Source: Camelus ferus (Eukaryota). From it: a stretch of DNA of 64,000 nucleotides. The notes below the pieces were generated by a model. It did no database searches and had not been told where the DNA came from. It was given only the letters and a program-made list of their open reading frames with translations. Both the position numbers and the translations under genes were made by a program. Below, piece by piece: positions 36,998 to 50,351 of the stretch (within the stretch, counting starts at the first letter, position 1; the number at the start of each line of letters is the position of its first letter). The DNA lies in NCBI RefSeq assembly GCF_009834535.1, contig NC_045697.1, positions 112,718,001 to 112,782,000 of the forward strand, given 5' to 3'.

Positions 36998-39900
36998 CAG
37001 GCATATCTTATTTTATTTTACTTCCCAGATGTTGCATTTCTTAAAAATTGAAGGTTTGTGGCAACCCTGTGTCAAGCAAGTCTGTTGGCACTGTTTTTCC
37101 AACAAAATTTACTCACCTCATGTCTCTGTGTCACATTGTGGTTATTCTTGCAATATTTCAAGCTTTTTTTCATTATTATTACATTTGTTATGGTGCTCTT
37201 TGATGTTACAATTGTACTTGTGTTGGGGTGCCATGAACCGTGCCCACATAAGATGATAAACTTACTCAATAAATATCATGTGTGTAATAAATGAATATAC
37301 TAAAGTTGCAGGATATGAGTTCAATATACAGAAATCTGTTACTTTTCTGTACACTAATAATGAACTAAAGGAAAGATAAAGTGGGAAAAAAAATCTCATT
37401 TAAAATCACATCAAAAAGAAGAAAGTACTTAGAAATAAACTTAACGAAGGAGGTGAGAGACTTATCCTCTGAAAACTATAAAATGCTGATGAAGGTATTT
37501 GAAAATGATACAAAGACATGGAAAGATCTCCCCTGTTCTTGGATTGGAAGAATTAATATTGTTAAAATGGCCATACTACCAAAGCCATCTATAGATTTAT
37601 TGTAATTTCTATCAAAATACATATGACATTTTTCACAGAACTAGAAAAAATAACCCTAAAATTTATACAGAACTACAAAAGAACCCAAATTGCCAAAGCA
37701 ATCTTGAGAAAAAAAGAGCAAAGCTGCAGGTATCAGACCCCCTAATTTCAGACAATACTACAGAGCTACAGTAACCAAAACAGCATGGTATTGGCACAAA
37801 AACAGACACAGACACAGACACAGAATGGCACAGAATAGAATCCAGAAATAAATCCACACACCTATGGTCAATTAATCAACAATAAAGGAGGCAAGAATAT
37901 ACAAAGGAGAAAAGACAGTTTCTTTAATAAATGATGCTAGGAAAACTGGACAGCTACTTGTGAAAGAATGAGAGTAGAACATTTTCTCATACCATATATG
38001 AAAATAAACTCTAAATTGATAAAATACCTAAATGTAAGTCCTGAAACCATAAAACTCCCAGAAGAGAACATAGGCAGAACACCCAGACATAAATTGTAGC
38101 AATATTTTTTTAATCTTTCTCCTAAGGCAAAAGAAACAACAGCAAAAATAAACAAATGGGACCTAATTAAACTGAAAACTTTGGCACAGCAAAGGAAACC
38201 ATTGACAAAATGGAAAGACTGTGTACTGAATGGGAGAAAATATTTGCAAATGATATGACTCAAAATCAAAACCCAAACAACCTGAGTTAAAAATGGGCAG
38301 AGGACCTGAATAGACATTTCTCCAAAGAAGACATACAGATGGCATTCACGCATATGAAAACATGCTCAACGTCACTAATCGTCAGGGAAATGCAAATCAA
38401 AACCACAATAAGGTATCACCTCACACCTGGCAGAATGGCTATCATCAAAAATACCACACATAACAAATGTTGGTGAGGATGTGGAGAAAAGGGATCCCTT
38501 GTGCACTGTTGGTGGGAATATAAATGGATGCAACCACTATGTAAAACAGTATGGAGACTCCTTCAAAGACTAAAAACAGAACTACCATATAATCCAGCAA
38601 TCCCACACCTAGGTATATATCCTGAAAAAATGAAAACACTAATTCAAAAAGATATATGCACCCCAATGTTCATAGCAGTTTTATTTATAATAGCCAAGAT
38701 ATGGAAGGAACCTATGTGGTTAACAACAGATGGCTGGATAAAGAATGTGTGAGATATACATAAAATGGAGTATTACTTAGCCATAAAAAGGAATGAAATT
38801 CTGTCGTTTGCAACAATGTGGATGGACCCAGAGAGTATGATGCTTGGTAAAATAAGTCAGACGGAGAAGATAAAATACTCTATGCTGTCATTTATACGTG
38901 GAATCTACACATATAAAACAAACAAATATAAATAACAAAATAGAAACAGACTCACAGACACATAGAACAAGCTGGTGGTTACCAGTGACCAGAGGGAAGT
39001 GGAGAGGGGCAAGATAGGGGGATGGGATTAAGAGATATAAACTACTCTGTATAAAATAGAGAAGCAACAAGAATATATTGCACAGCACAGGGAAATATAG
39101 TTTTGTAATATTGCTTTGTAATAACTCTAAATGGAGTATAACCTATAAAAATATTAAATCACTATATTGTACACCTGAAACAAATATAATATTGTAAATC
39201 AACTCTGCTTCAGTAAAGAAATAAAAATGAATGTCGTGTGTATTCTGACTGCTCCACCCACTCCCCCTTCCCCTGTCCCTCTCCCTCTCCTCGGGTCTAT
39301 TTCCAGAGACATAATAATATTGAAAGCAGGCCAGTTAACAACCCCACAGTGGCCTCTAAGTGTTCAAGTGAAAGGAAGAGTCACAAATCTCTCACTTCGA
39401 ATTAAGAGCTAGAAATAGTTAAGCTGGGTGCAGAAGGCATGTTTAAAGCCATGATAGGCTGAAAGCCAGGCCTCTTGCCCCAGTAAGCCAAGTTGTAAAT
39501 GCAAAGGAAGAGTTTCCGCAGGAAATTAAAAGTGCTCCTCCAGTGAACACACAAGTGATTAGAAAGTGAGACAACTTCAGTGCTGAGACGGAGAAAGTTT
39601 GAGGGGTCTGGCTAGGAGATCAAACCTGCCACGACATTCCCTTAAGCCAAAGCCCAAACGAGAGCAAGGCCCCAGCTCTCTTCAACTCTATGAAGGCTGA
39701 TGGAGGTGAGGAAGCTGCAGAAGAGAAGTCTGACTGAAGCTGTCAGAGGTTGGTTCACGAGGTTCAAGGTAAGAAGCCGTCCGCGTGACATGAATGTGCA
39801 AGGCGAGGCAGGCAGTGCTGATGTAGAAGCTGCAGTAAGTTATGCAGGAGGTCCAGCTCAGATAATTGATCAACAGATTTGCAGAGGACATGAAACCATC

Positions 39901-41279
39901 TTCTGCTGGAAGAAGATGCCTTCTAGGACTTTCATAGCTGGAGGGGAGAAGTCAGTGCCTGGCCTTCAAGCTTCAAAGGACAGGCTGACTCTCTTATTAA
40001 GGGCTAATGCAGCTGGTGACGTTAGGTTGAGCCAGTGCTCATTTACCAGCCAAAAATCTCAGGGCCCTTAAGACTCATGTCAAATCTACTCTGCCTGTGC
40101 TCTATAAATGGAACAACAAAGCTGGGATGACAGCACATCTGTTTCCAATATGGCTTGCTGAATATTTTAAGCTCACTGCTGAGATCTACTGCTCAGAAAA
40201 AAAAAAGATTCCTTTCAAAATATATCTGCTCATTGGCAATGTCCCATGTCACCCAAGAGCTCTGATGAAGATGTGCGATGAGGTTAATTAATGTTGTTTT
40301 CACGCCTTTAACACAACATCCATTCTGCAGCCTGTGGGTCAGGGAGTCATTTTGAATTCAAGGCTTAAATCGGATTATTTAAAGAATAGATTTCGTTAGG
40401 CTACACCTGCTATAGATTGTGATTACTCATTTAGATCTGGGCACAGTCAATTGAAAACCTTCTGGAAAGGATTCACCATTCTAGATGCCATTGAGGACAT
40501 TTGCGGTTCACAGGAAGAGGTCAGAATTTCAACTTTAACCAGAGTTTGGAAGAAGTTGATTCTAGCCCTCATGGATGACTTTGAGGCGGTTCAAGACTTC
40601 AGCACAGGAAGTCACTGCAGATGTGGTGGAAATAGATGGAGAGCCAGGATTAGAAGTGGACCCTGAAGATGTTACTGGATTGCTGCCGTCTCATGATGAA
40701 ACCTCAACGGATGAGCAAAGAAAGTGATTTCTTGAGATGGACTCTACTCCTGGTAAGGATGCTGTGAAGGTTGTTGAAAGGGTAACAAATGATTCAGAAT
40801 ATTACATAAACTTAGTTGATAAAACAAAGGCAGGGTTTAAGAGGATTGGATCCAATTTAGAAAGAAGTTCTACTGTGAGTAAAAGGCTACCAAAGAGCAT
40901 TGCATGCTACAGAGAAATTGTTCGTGAAATGAAGAGTTATTGTTTTATTTTAAGATATTGCCATGGCCACCCCCAAACTTCAGCGACCACCACCCTTATC
41001 AGTCAGCAGTCAGCAACATCGAGGCCAAGACTCCAACAGCAAAAAGATTATGACTCGCTGAAAGCTTGGATGATGGTTAGCTTTTTTTTTAAGCAACAAA
41101 GCATTTTTAATTAAGGTACTTACACTGTTTTTTTAAGCATAATGCTATTGCAATATAGTGTAAACATAACTTTTATAGGCACTGGGAAACAGAAAAATTT
41201 GTGTGACTCACTTTGCTGAGATTTTCGTTTAATCACAGCAGTCTGGAACTGAACCTGCAATACTTCCAGGCTATGCCTG
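36998..41279 (+). mobile_element. Near-full-length Tigger1 DNA transposon (36998-37284 + 39226-41279), decayed transposase
   Basis: TIRs caggcata... and ...tatgcctg followed by TA. Frameshifted pogo-type transposase peptides WKKMPSRTFIAGGEKSVPGLQASKDRLTLLLRANAAGD and KTFWKGFTILDAI. About 2.3 kb once the L1 is removed. Confidence 0.93.
37285..39225 (+). mobile_element. 5'-truncated L1 (about 1.9 kb) inserted in Tigger1
   Basis: ORF2 peptides [22 protein letters not shown] and ELPYNPAIPHLGIYP, followed by the 3' UTR. Degenerate TSD aataaatatcatgtgtg (37268-37284) / aatgaatgtcgtgtgta (39226-39242). Confidence 0.95.
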
Positions 41280-41600
41280 TACAAGTAAAAATTAGCTAGA
41301 AAATATTATTGAAATGCTTGTGAATTAATCCCACCAAAAATGTGCAGCATCTATGCAGTAAACTTTCACTGAAAGACACTGAAAGAAGACGAAATAAGTA
41401 TGACTGGATAGAAAAAAAATCAATTTTCAAAACAGATATTTTATGAATTTGATTTGTAGATCCAATTCAATTCCAACATAGTTTTTTTTTTCCTGAAAAT
41501 TGATAAAAATGAGTCCCAACTATCTATTGGAGTAAAATCGTTGAAGAGAAGAGATTCCAACTTCAAGAGAAGTTGGAAAAAGAACAGAATGAAGTGCAAC
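41280..41600 (+). mobile_element. Old L1 ORF2 remnant, right part of the Tigger1 host
   Basis: aattaatcccaccaaaaatgtgcagcatct ... actgaaagacactgaaagaagac continues the L1 interrupted at 36995. Confidence 0.65.
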
Positions 41601-42929
41601 ATTTAAAGTGATGACAGAGAGCTTTCTATTAATGTTGGTGGACTTAAACCTGCTTTACTGTATTTAATCCCCAAAGTATTTTATATATATTTTGTTTTTA
41701 TGTACTCTGTTTTACAATAATTAAAAAATATATAAATCTGAGGCTCATAGCTCTACAGAATCGACAACTAAAAACTAGGATATTTTACTATTATATATAT
41801 GGAACTCAATCATTGTTATTCACCTCTTAAACTAAAATAAATTTTAATATAAAGGCAAAGCATGCAATTTAGGAAAATTGGAAAATATACGAAAATAAAA
41901 ATCATCAGGGCTTTCATCATCCAGGTTTAGCATCATGGGTCATTAAACCTCTAGTCTTTTTCTCTGCGAATGTGTTTGGGAATTTTTACAGAATTCCCAT
42001 TCTATTATAAATCCATCTGTGTTATACTTTTTTGGGGGGTTGACCATGACAAATTCAGTATTTGATGTGTTAGGAATTTTGCAAAGCTTTAACTTTTATC
42101 ATGAAAACATAGAGTTGAAACTGATGTAGTTGGTCCAGCAGTTCTTTTCAGAAATAGCAATCGTTTAGAAACTAAATCTTGAAAATGCAGCAGTGATTAT
42201 ATAACCTGAGAGATACATAGTGTGCAGGGAGTAGGTATTTTTAGTAATCCAAAAACTAAAGGGGAAGACAGAGGAAACGCGTATCTCATACGCTGATGTC
42301 AGTCTGGATCGGCTCTCTCTACACCACAGCTGCTGTTTATCTGCTAGTTATTAAAATAAAGTACAAAGGGTTTCCTTTAGCAATTCCCTCACAGAGGCTC
42401 TTCCCAACAGTTTGCATAAATGATGCATTTATTTCAAAAATTATGGAGAGAGAAGACAGCATAGTGAATTTAATAGCAGACCAAATACTTCCTATGCTGT
42501 TCTTTCTATCACAAAAATCAAATTTATTTTCAAAGCCAGGAAGTACCCTGAGTACTGAGTAGTGGAGAGGAAGAGGGCATTTCTTAAAGGTTAGGAAATT
42601 CTTCCCTTGAGGTCCATATCTTTTTCTCCAGTAACTTGGGGAGAATTACAGGCCTAAGGCTGAATGTGGTCTCCAGCAAGTGAGTAAATCCAGCAACGCC
42701 AGTCACCCTGAGACTTCTCGCCATGCTGTTTTCGCTCTGTGATATACACTTCTGTTACTACCTAACGAGAGAGAGTGAGTAGTAGGGTGATATTTGCATT
42801 CCCATGGCAACTTACATCTCTAGATTGGGATGATATTTTTGACTGTTCCACTTTTCATTTAGAAATAACATTTTTACTGCCTTTTCATTGGAAAAACAGC
42901 AATGGTGTTCAAAGGGAGAAAAATTAAAG

Positions 42930-43700
42930 TTTACTGAACACGTGCTGTATGTCAGGCATTGAGTTGAGTTTTTGTTTATATACATCACTGCAGTCAGTTC
43001 TCCAAGGACTCTGGGAAGGTGGTCCCATTGTTACCCCCCAAAAAAGGAAAATATCCCAGTCTTTGTCTTACCTGAAAGATAAGATTACAGACAGGCAATG
43101 AGTGCGTTGCATAGTGAAAGATCTTAAAAGATTTATTCAGGAAAAGAAAAGTGCATCTCCAAGAACAGGAAGCAGGCTGGTCCAAGGGAGGAAGAGCAAT
43201 GGTCTTTGTTTTGCCCTTTCTCTTATTCCCTTGCTTTGAGGTGGTCTTTTGATTGACAGCTCTTGCCCCTGGAATGCCTAGTCCTGTTTGTTTCCTTTGT
43301 GCATGTCCTTACCCATGATGCACTCAGAAAGCCCCATGGCAGGCCTAAACTGCAATAGTAATTATATTACAATGAGCGTTGAGTCTTGTCCAGTTAGGTC
43401 CTTGTTGCTACAGAGCAGTTGTGGCTGTCAGGTTCCAACCGGTTCTTGCTGGCGCTCATTTAGAAGAAATAAAGCCCCTTTAAGCCGAAGGTGGGCATAA
43501 CGCCACCTTCCGGACCCTCCTCCCTCTCCTCCACCTGTCTGCCTTGTGTCCCCACTTATCTAACTACCTAGCACCATTCTAGAGAGGAGACTTAGAGAAA
43601 TGTCAGGACCTTGCTTTGCTTAAGGTCAAGTTATGTAGCAATAGATTCGGGATCCATAGAGCTGGTGGCCCTAATTCCTAGGCCTTTGGTTTTTCACTGC
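42930..43700 (-). mobile_element. MIR split by an LTR
   Basis: tttactgaacacgtgctgtatgtcaggcattg on the left and ccattctagagaggagactta ... cttaaggtca on the right of the LTR. Confidence 0.6.
43029..43573 (-). mobile_element. ERV1-type solo LTR
   Basis: TG...CA termini, 545 bp, perfect 4-bp TSD CCAT (43025-43028, 43574-43577) and tttatt near the left end. Confidence 0.88.
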
Positions 43701-44125
43701 TCCACATTTCTTCCTCCAAGCTTTCTCCCTGGATTCCTAGTCCAACTCTCCCCTGTGACTGACAACCACCTTGTGAAACACCAGTGTGTGTGTTGCAATA
43801 TACATGTTGTAAGTGTTGTGGATTTTAGTGCTTAACTCCATGTATTGAAAATTGCATCTAAATCAAGATTGACTTAATTATGTTTTACTCTTCAGTTAAA
43901 AGAGTTATTCAAATGCTTTAATTGCATGCCATGTGCATTAGAAAATGGTACCAATTAAGTAGTTAGGAGTTAGCTGTATGTATGATCAGATTTAGTTATG
44001 TCTCTATGAAGGAATTATATCTATAGTTTAATACAAATTTACAGATAGAGATTGTGTGAAATATGCATTGCAAATATTAAATTTTGAAGATGAGCAGGCA
44101 TTTGCTGAACAAAGAAGGAATCTAA

Positions 44126-44268
44126 GGGGGGAGGGTGAAGCTCAGTGGTTTAGAGTGCATGCTTAGCAGGCATGAGGTCCTGGCTTCAATCCCCAGTACC
44201 TCCTCTAAAAAATAAATAAGTAAACCTAATTACCTCCCCTCTCAAAGAAAATTAAATTAAAAAAAAAG
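44126..44268 (+). mobile_element. tRNA-Ala-derived SINE (Vic-1-like)
   Basis: ggggagggtgaagctcagtggtttagagtgcatgcttagcaggcatgaggtcctggcttcaatcccc plus a taaacctaattacctcccc tail. Confidence 0.92.
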
Positions 44269-45296
44269 ATCTCTGTGTTGGATCAGAAGAGCAAAGGAAC
44301 AAACATGAATTATATTTATAAGCAATTGAGTTAAAATTAAGCTGATCTTAAATTCTCTGTAGAATCTAAATATTCTTTATTAAAAAGTGGACATCATTTT
44401 CTTCACATTTTGCTGTAGAGATATTTTTCCCCTCAAATAAAAGATTGTGAAAATGCAAAGAGACAATTCCTTTGTAGTAGTCTTTAGGAGATGTTTAAAT
44501 ACTTTTGTTGTAATGATGTTGTCAATCTAGAAACACTGGTGGCGAATGCAGGCATGAAACAGGGAAAATTCTGTTCATTGATTCTGTCTTTATGAAGCAG
44601 CAAGGGGAAGGTGTCATCGTGATTGAAGCATCACATCATTTCTCCTTTCTCTTGATTCCAGCAAAAAAAAAAAAAAAAAAACTCAGAAAGTTATTGTTCA
44701 GGCAGTTGAGGGAAATTAGCATTTGAAAGCAGGAACATTTCTGAAAGCAGGTGGAGTGATACTGGGAACCTAATGTGTTGGTAGGCGATCAGAAAGAAAT
44801 CGAAGGAAAGAAACAAATGGAAGATGCCAGATTAAGTTGGAAAAGTCAGTGTCTGGAGCCTGGGGTACTCACCTGGGTATTCAGATCTGCTTTGTAAACA
44901 GGAGGGTACTCCGTTCAGGAGCCAGTGCCCCCGTTCCCATTCTGTAATCCTGTAATACCCACCCTTCTCAATCAAAGGTGGTGTTTTGCACTAGTATAAT
45001 GTCATATTCTAACATAAAAACCCTTTTGAGTGACAGTTACTCTGAAAAGTTAATATGAGTATGTATAATTTCCAGAGCACAAAAAAATGCTAAGATGTTA
45101 TGCGTCTTATCTATAATTACCTTTAAATGAAACTGTAGCCCGCAAAATAATTTCATTATGATATTCTTTGGGGTTTCAATAATACTACATGTGGGTTTGG
45201 GTTTCCCATGAGCCGTATTATGGCAGAAACCCATCCGTGATGGAATAAATGGAATACAGCACACAAAACATGTGACGATGGCTACATCCCACATAC

Positions 45297-45333
45297 CTGT
45301 CGTAAGTCTAAAGCAGAGGTGGTTCCTTTTCAG
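45297..45333 (-). other. Candidate 37-nt micro-exon
   Basis: Minus strand: gctttcttcttctag|CTGAAAAGG...TTACGACAG|gtatgt. Splice signals only. Confidence 0.15.
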
Positions 45334-47242
45334 CTAGAAGAAGAAAGCATTCCTTTTTGCCGTAGTTCAGGGATTGAGTAAATGTGCCCCTACCAAGTTA
45401 TTTTCTTTATTGTGCCTTTGGAACTCCTAAGGTAAGGTAGTTTTACATCCCTATTCTGAAGTCATTGTTAGAATGCCTTCCATGCTAAACCAGAGTCAAT
45501 AATTGTGTCTTCCTTTTTAAAACATATATTAAAGGAGACTGAAAACATGGTAAGTATATGCATTGCTTGGACATGTTAATGAGGGCTTCTGACACAAACA
45601 CTTGCCCTTTAATTACATTCCTTGCACGCTCACAACCTCTTCAGCCAGGTTCCTAGAAGCTACAGAAATTCTGTTTTCAACTCTCATGCCAGCATGAGAA
45701 GGTAGGTCCCCTCCCATCCCCTGACTTCTTATTTCACTGCTGCCTAAGAAGATGGTCTCTCTCCCCCACCCCAGGCCCCAGCACTTTGGGTTCGGTTTCG
45801 GGTCACTTGTGCTATTAGTGGATGAGAAATGTATGCTCACGCTGCACTTACAGGTCTCGACCCATCACTTCTCTGGGTCCATTTGCTAAGAACTCTACCT
45901 TGAATCTACTCCTTTCTAGGATAAGCGGAGTCTGATTTTACTCTGAAATGCAGGTGGCTTTTATTCCAAGTCTTTGTATAGCCAAAGAGATACATTAGTA
46001 CCTAAGTGAAGTTTGCATAGAGAGAGGAAATACTCTGCCTTCTGAGCCCTTATGAAAATCCGCCCTATTAATAGCTACATTAGAAGGAGAACGTGGATTT
46101 TTGTCATTTCAGCATCTTCTCTCAAGGGCTTAGTTTCCATCCACATCACCGAGTAACTTAAAAGAGCCACTGCCATTTGTCTTTCAGGGCGGAAAGGCAT
46201 TTGATTTCATGAATAACAACAATAAAGGCTTATCTGACCTTTGGAAAGATTAAAACAGTAGGAAAATGAAGCACTATTAAGCTGCATCTTGCTTTTTAAA
46301 ATTCCCTTATTAAACACACTGAGCAAGTAATTACTATACATCTATTTCTCATCTTCGTTAATATCTCTGGGGCCCAAGAATGCCAAGATCACAAAAAACT
46401 TCTGTACTCTCAGTTAATGGCATGCTCAGTGAGAAAAGTCTCTGAATGTATACAGTAAAGGTGAAATATATATTTTGCAACTTGACTCCCCAGGTGCCAC
46501 ATGGGTCAGTCTTAATTTGTGTTTCATTCAAAGAATAACACCCAGAAGTAAAGATAATGAATTTCTATTTAACCATCTCAAGGAAGAATAATGGAGATTT
46601 AATATAAAACTCTATCCCCACTTCCCAAAAGCTTCCCTTTCTCATTCCTTCTGATATCACATAGGTCAGAGGACTCAGAACACTCCCTCTCTTTATAATT
46701 CACTTTTACCTCCACATAAAAATGACCTTCCGCAAACACGCCCTGTTGTGTTTCTTTGTCTGCCAACCCAACTACCATATTTTTTTTTCTATTACCTTTA
46801 TTACATCTCTGGTTTCTTTGATTTTTCTTTGAGATTTACCCATTAATCAAAATTCTCAAAATCAAAAACTCTCCAAACAAATCAAGCCCAGGAGGAGTAT
46901 CTTTGCTCCTTATAAATGGAAGCAAGAGGAAAGACATGAATATTCATGTTAAGGATTTTTTGACCCTGTTTTACAAACATCATACATGTGCTAAAATACA
47001 TTTCAGAAACTGTTGTTATAGTTTCACTATCAACTATAAGAAATGCATCCTTACACTGTATTAATGAGCTTTTTAAATTGACTAAGGGACAGGTTTAGTC
47101 TACAGCATTCACATGAATTAAACTTCAGCACCAGCTAATGTAGGTTTTAGCAAACCATGTAAGTTCTTTGCACATTAACTAAACTTTGAGTGAGGTGCTT
47201 TATGCACAGAAGTACTAACTACTATCTCTATAATGTTTCTTA

Positions 47243-47712
47243 TTTTTAGTGAAGTATAGTCAGTTTACAGTGTTATGTTAATTTCTGATGTACAGCTTAG
47301 TGATTCAGTTATATGCATATATATGTCTATATATATGTATACATTCCTTTTCATATTCTTTTCCATTATAGGCTGTTACAAGACGTTGAATATAATTACC
47401 TGTGCTATTCAGTAGGTCCTAGTTGTTTATCTGTTTTTTTATATAGCTGTATCTACAGATCTCAGACTCTCAATTTATCCCTCCACCCCTCCCTTCCCCC
47501 ACTGGTAACCATAAGTTTGTTTTCTGTCTGTGAGTATGTTTCTGTTTTGTAAATAAGTTCATTTGTCTCATGTTTTTAGATTCAATATATAAGTGATGTC
47601 ATATGGTATTTTTCTCTTTCTGGTTTACTTCCTTAGTATCTCCAGGTCCATCTATTTGTTTCTATAAATGGCATTATTTTATTATTTTTTATGACTGAAT
47701 AGTATTCTGTTT

Positions 47713-47715
<3 letters not shown>
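47243..47715 (-). mobile_element. 5'-truncated L1 3' end
   Basis: tgaagtatagtcagtttacagtg ... aatggcattattttattattttttatgactgaatagtattc, similar to 30500-30940. Confidence 0.92.

Positions 47716-47760
<45 letters not shown>
47716..47760. repeat. (CA)n microsatellite, about 22 units
   Basis: Perfect visible array at the L1 truncation point. Confidence 0.97.
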
Positions 47761-47766
<6 letters not shown>

Positions 47767-49399
47767 CTATGATTATCAGGATACTTTGAATCAGAGGAAA
47801 CTATAAAAATAGACAAGTAAATTGTGGTTATCTGTATCAGAAACTGTGGGGAAATTTCAAATTATAAATTAATATAGTTGGAGAAGGAATTTACATCATT
47901 TTTGTGATAAGGGAGGACTGCAAAGTGAAATACTTAATTTTTAAACATATTAAGTTCTAAAATCTGTGATTCTGATTTCTAGCAGGACTAGACCTACAAA
48001 CTCAATGCAACTCAAATGTAACTATTTTAGAGTTTTTTAAGACTAATTATTTTTCTGGCATTTCTCTTGTCATAATGTGGCTATGAACACATTTTTCCAT
48101 TCTGTAGTCAATATCTTGCCTGGTACAAAAGGATATTGATTGAGAGCAGGCAGCATTTTACAAGAATGAAATTAAGAGACCAATAAATCAAATGGAAATC
48201 TTTGCATGTGGGATTTGAATTTCTCAGTGAGTGCTTGGGAGACACATAAATAAAGAATACCTAAAATGGATTATATATTTGTGGGAATCAGTTTTTCTAT
48301 CAAAATTTGCTGTTTGGGGAAAAATAACCACTAGAAGAACAAATACATTGTTTGAAAATTAATCACGAGAGAAACATATATATTGATTGCTTATTCCACT
48401 TTTCATTTGCTAAGCATCTAAAGTATTGAACAGTTACTGACTTCAGCAGTCCCTATGAAATAGCATTATCTCCCAGTTCTTATTTTTGCAGAAATGGAGA
48501 ATCAAATAGTAAGCAAATTACCAAAGACCTTATGTCAACAGCATAGGTAGAAGCAGTTTTCAGTCTGTGACTTGGCTGAATTGTCCTAGTGCCCCATAAG
48601 AAACTAGCTTCCTCAAGGTGTAAACATACTCATTCATCCATCAGATCTTTTCATCTACCTCCTTGGGGTGTATCAAATAACACCCCAAGGAAGAAGGTAA
48701 CTCCATTTGAAAGAACTTAGTTCTCTTATGGGTATAGATTAGCTAATACTGTGATACTTTTCAAAAAGAAATTTTACTATGATCTTTTGTCACTTAAGAT
48801 AGGAGCAAACATTTTAGGATATCTGAAATTTTGGTGACAAAGACTAATTTGTACAAAAATGAAGAACATTAATGAATATTGAATGGAGTAGATGTCCTCT
48901 TTCAAACAAAATCAAGACCAGTGTTTGGTGGATGCATTGAAAAAGTTGGTTAAAGATGTAACAGTAAAAATTATCTCTATATACCCCATATTTTTAACAA
49001 CCAAAATTACATAAGTACATGTTCATTCTCTAAGATTTACATGACTCACACTTGCTTTGAATAGAGAACTTCCAATTGGAGACCTTTGTCATGTTGCTTA
49101 GACCACACTGATTTGTAATTTTGTAACTTTAGTTTATTTAAATTAAAACAACCACTTAAAGATATTTATTAACAGATAAAACCACCCTGATATCCACATT
49201 CTTCTAAATATTAACATTGTTTAACCCAGTCTTTATGTTTCCTTTATATTTATACACATTTCATTCAACTGTATTTTTTAAATATTGCCTGTTTTGTACC
49301 TTTCGAAAAATACAGCATAGTTTTCACGTAAGCAACTCTTTTTATAATTTTAGTCAATTTACATAATATTTAATTAAATTATGTAATTAATACTACCTT

Positions 49400-50200
49400 A
49401 AGAATAACTAGCTTTCCCCAAAGTCACTTTCCTTTTTCTTCTATATACGCAAGACGTTATTTCTAAACCTCCCTTGCAGTTAAATATGGCCATGTAAACA
49501 AATTCTTCCCAGTAGAACATGAGAGAAAATGTGTTGGTTACTTCCTGCCCTGGTCCATTGGACCGCCCAGGAAACAGGCTCTGTGTCCTTGTCCACTATT
49601 TGCAGACTGGTACAATAATGACCAGAGCAACTGTCAAATTCACATGTTGAAAACAGAATACTTCCTCTTTGCCAGGGTCCTCAAAGACCTAATGGAAAAA
49701 ATACATCCTCTCAGTTGGGGACTATTTACCATAGAGAGTGAGAAACAAACTTCTGCTGGCCTGAGTGCTATATTTTCATTAACCATAATACAGAAATTAG
49801 TATCTTGAGCTGAGGTGTTGCTCTAACAAAAACTTAACACTATTTAGCATTGGTTTAGTGGTCAGGCAGTTGGCTGCAAACCGCAAGCACGTAGACACTG
49901 CAAACTGGAAAGCTGTAAGCTGTGTTCTGTCAGGACAAAATATTTGATGAAACCATGGCCTGTGGTCTCTAGAAAGGCATACCAAGTGCTAACCAAGCCC
50001 ATCATTGTAGGAGAACTTGCTAGAAAGAGCCAGAATGTTAGTGCATGCTGGCTGTTCCTCCCTGCTGTAAGCAAAACCTTTCAAGAAAGGCACCAGCTTT
50101 GCCTGGTTTGCAGGCAAACAAAAAGATTAGAGTTTATAAATACAGAGCCAAGGAGTCTTTGAAGAGCTAATAGCTCCTGTACTTCAAACAAGAAGAGAAG
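49400..50200 (+). mobile_element. MaLR (MLT1-type) LTR plus adjacent internal sequence
   Basis: cctcccttgcagttaaatatggccatgt, gagtgagaaacaaacttc, then gaggtgttgctctaacaaaaac resembling the MLT-int start. Confidence 0.6.
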
Positions 50201-50351
50201 AAGTTATACAGAATTCTTGTAAATGCCTTCTTCACAACTAGACATCTTCCTACAATATAATTTCTAACTTTTCAAGACAAAGAAAACAAACAAACAAAAT
50301 CGACCTTGCTCACCTCTCTTGAGGCTCAGATGAAGACTGAAGACTGGGGTC

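Noticed and set aside
37381..38752. Functional L1 ORF2 protein
   Set aside because: Fragmented ORF2 in a 5'-truncated copy.
39700..41114. Domesticated TIGD-like transposase gene
   Set aside because: Multiple frameshifts and stops, substituted catalytic residues and retained TIRs indicate a fossil Tigger1.
42632..42679. Plus-strand 48-nt exon candidate (ttttctccag ... gtgagt)
   Set aside because: Unrecognisable peptide and no partner exons; within chance expectation.
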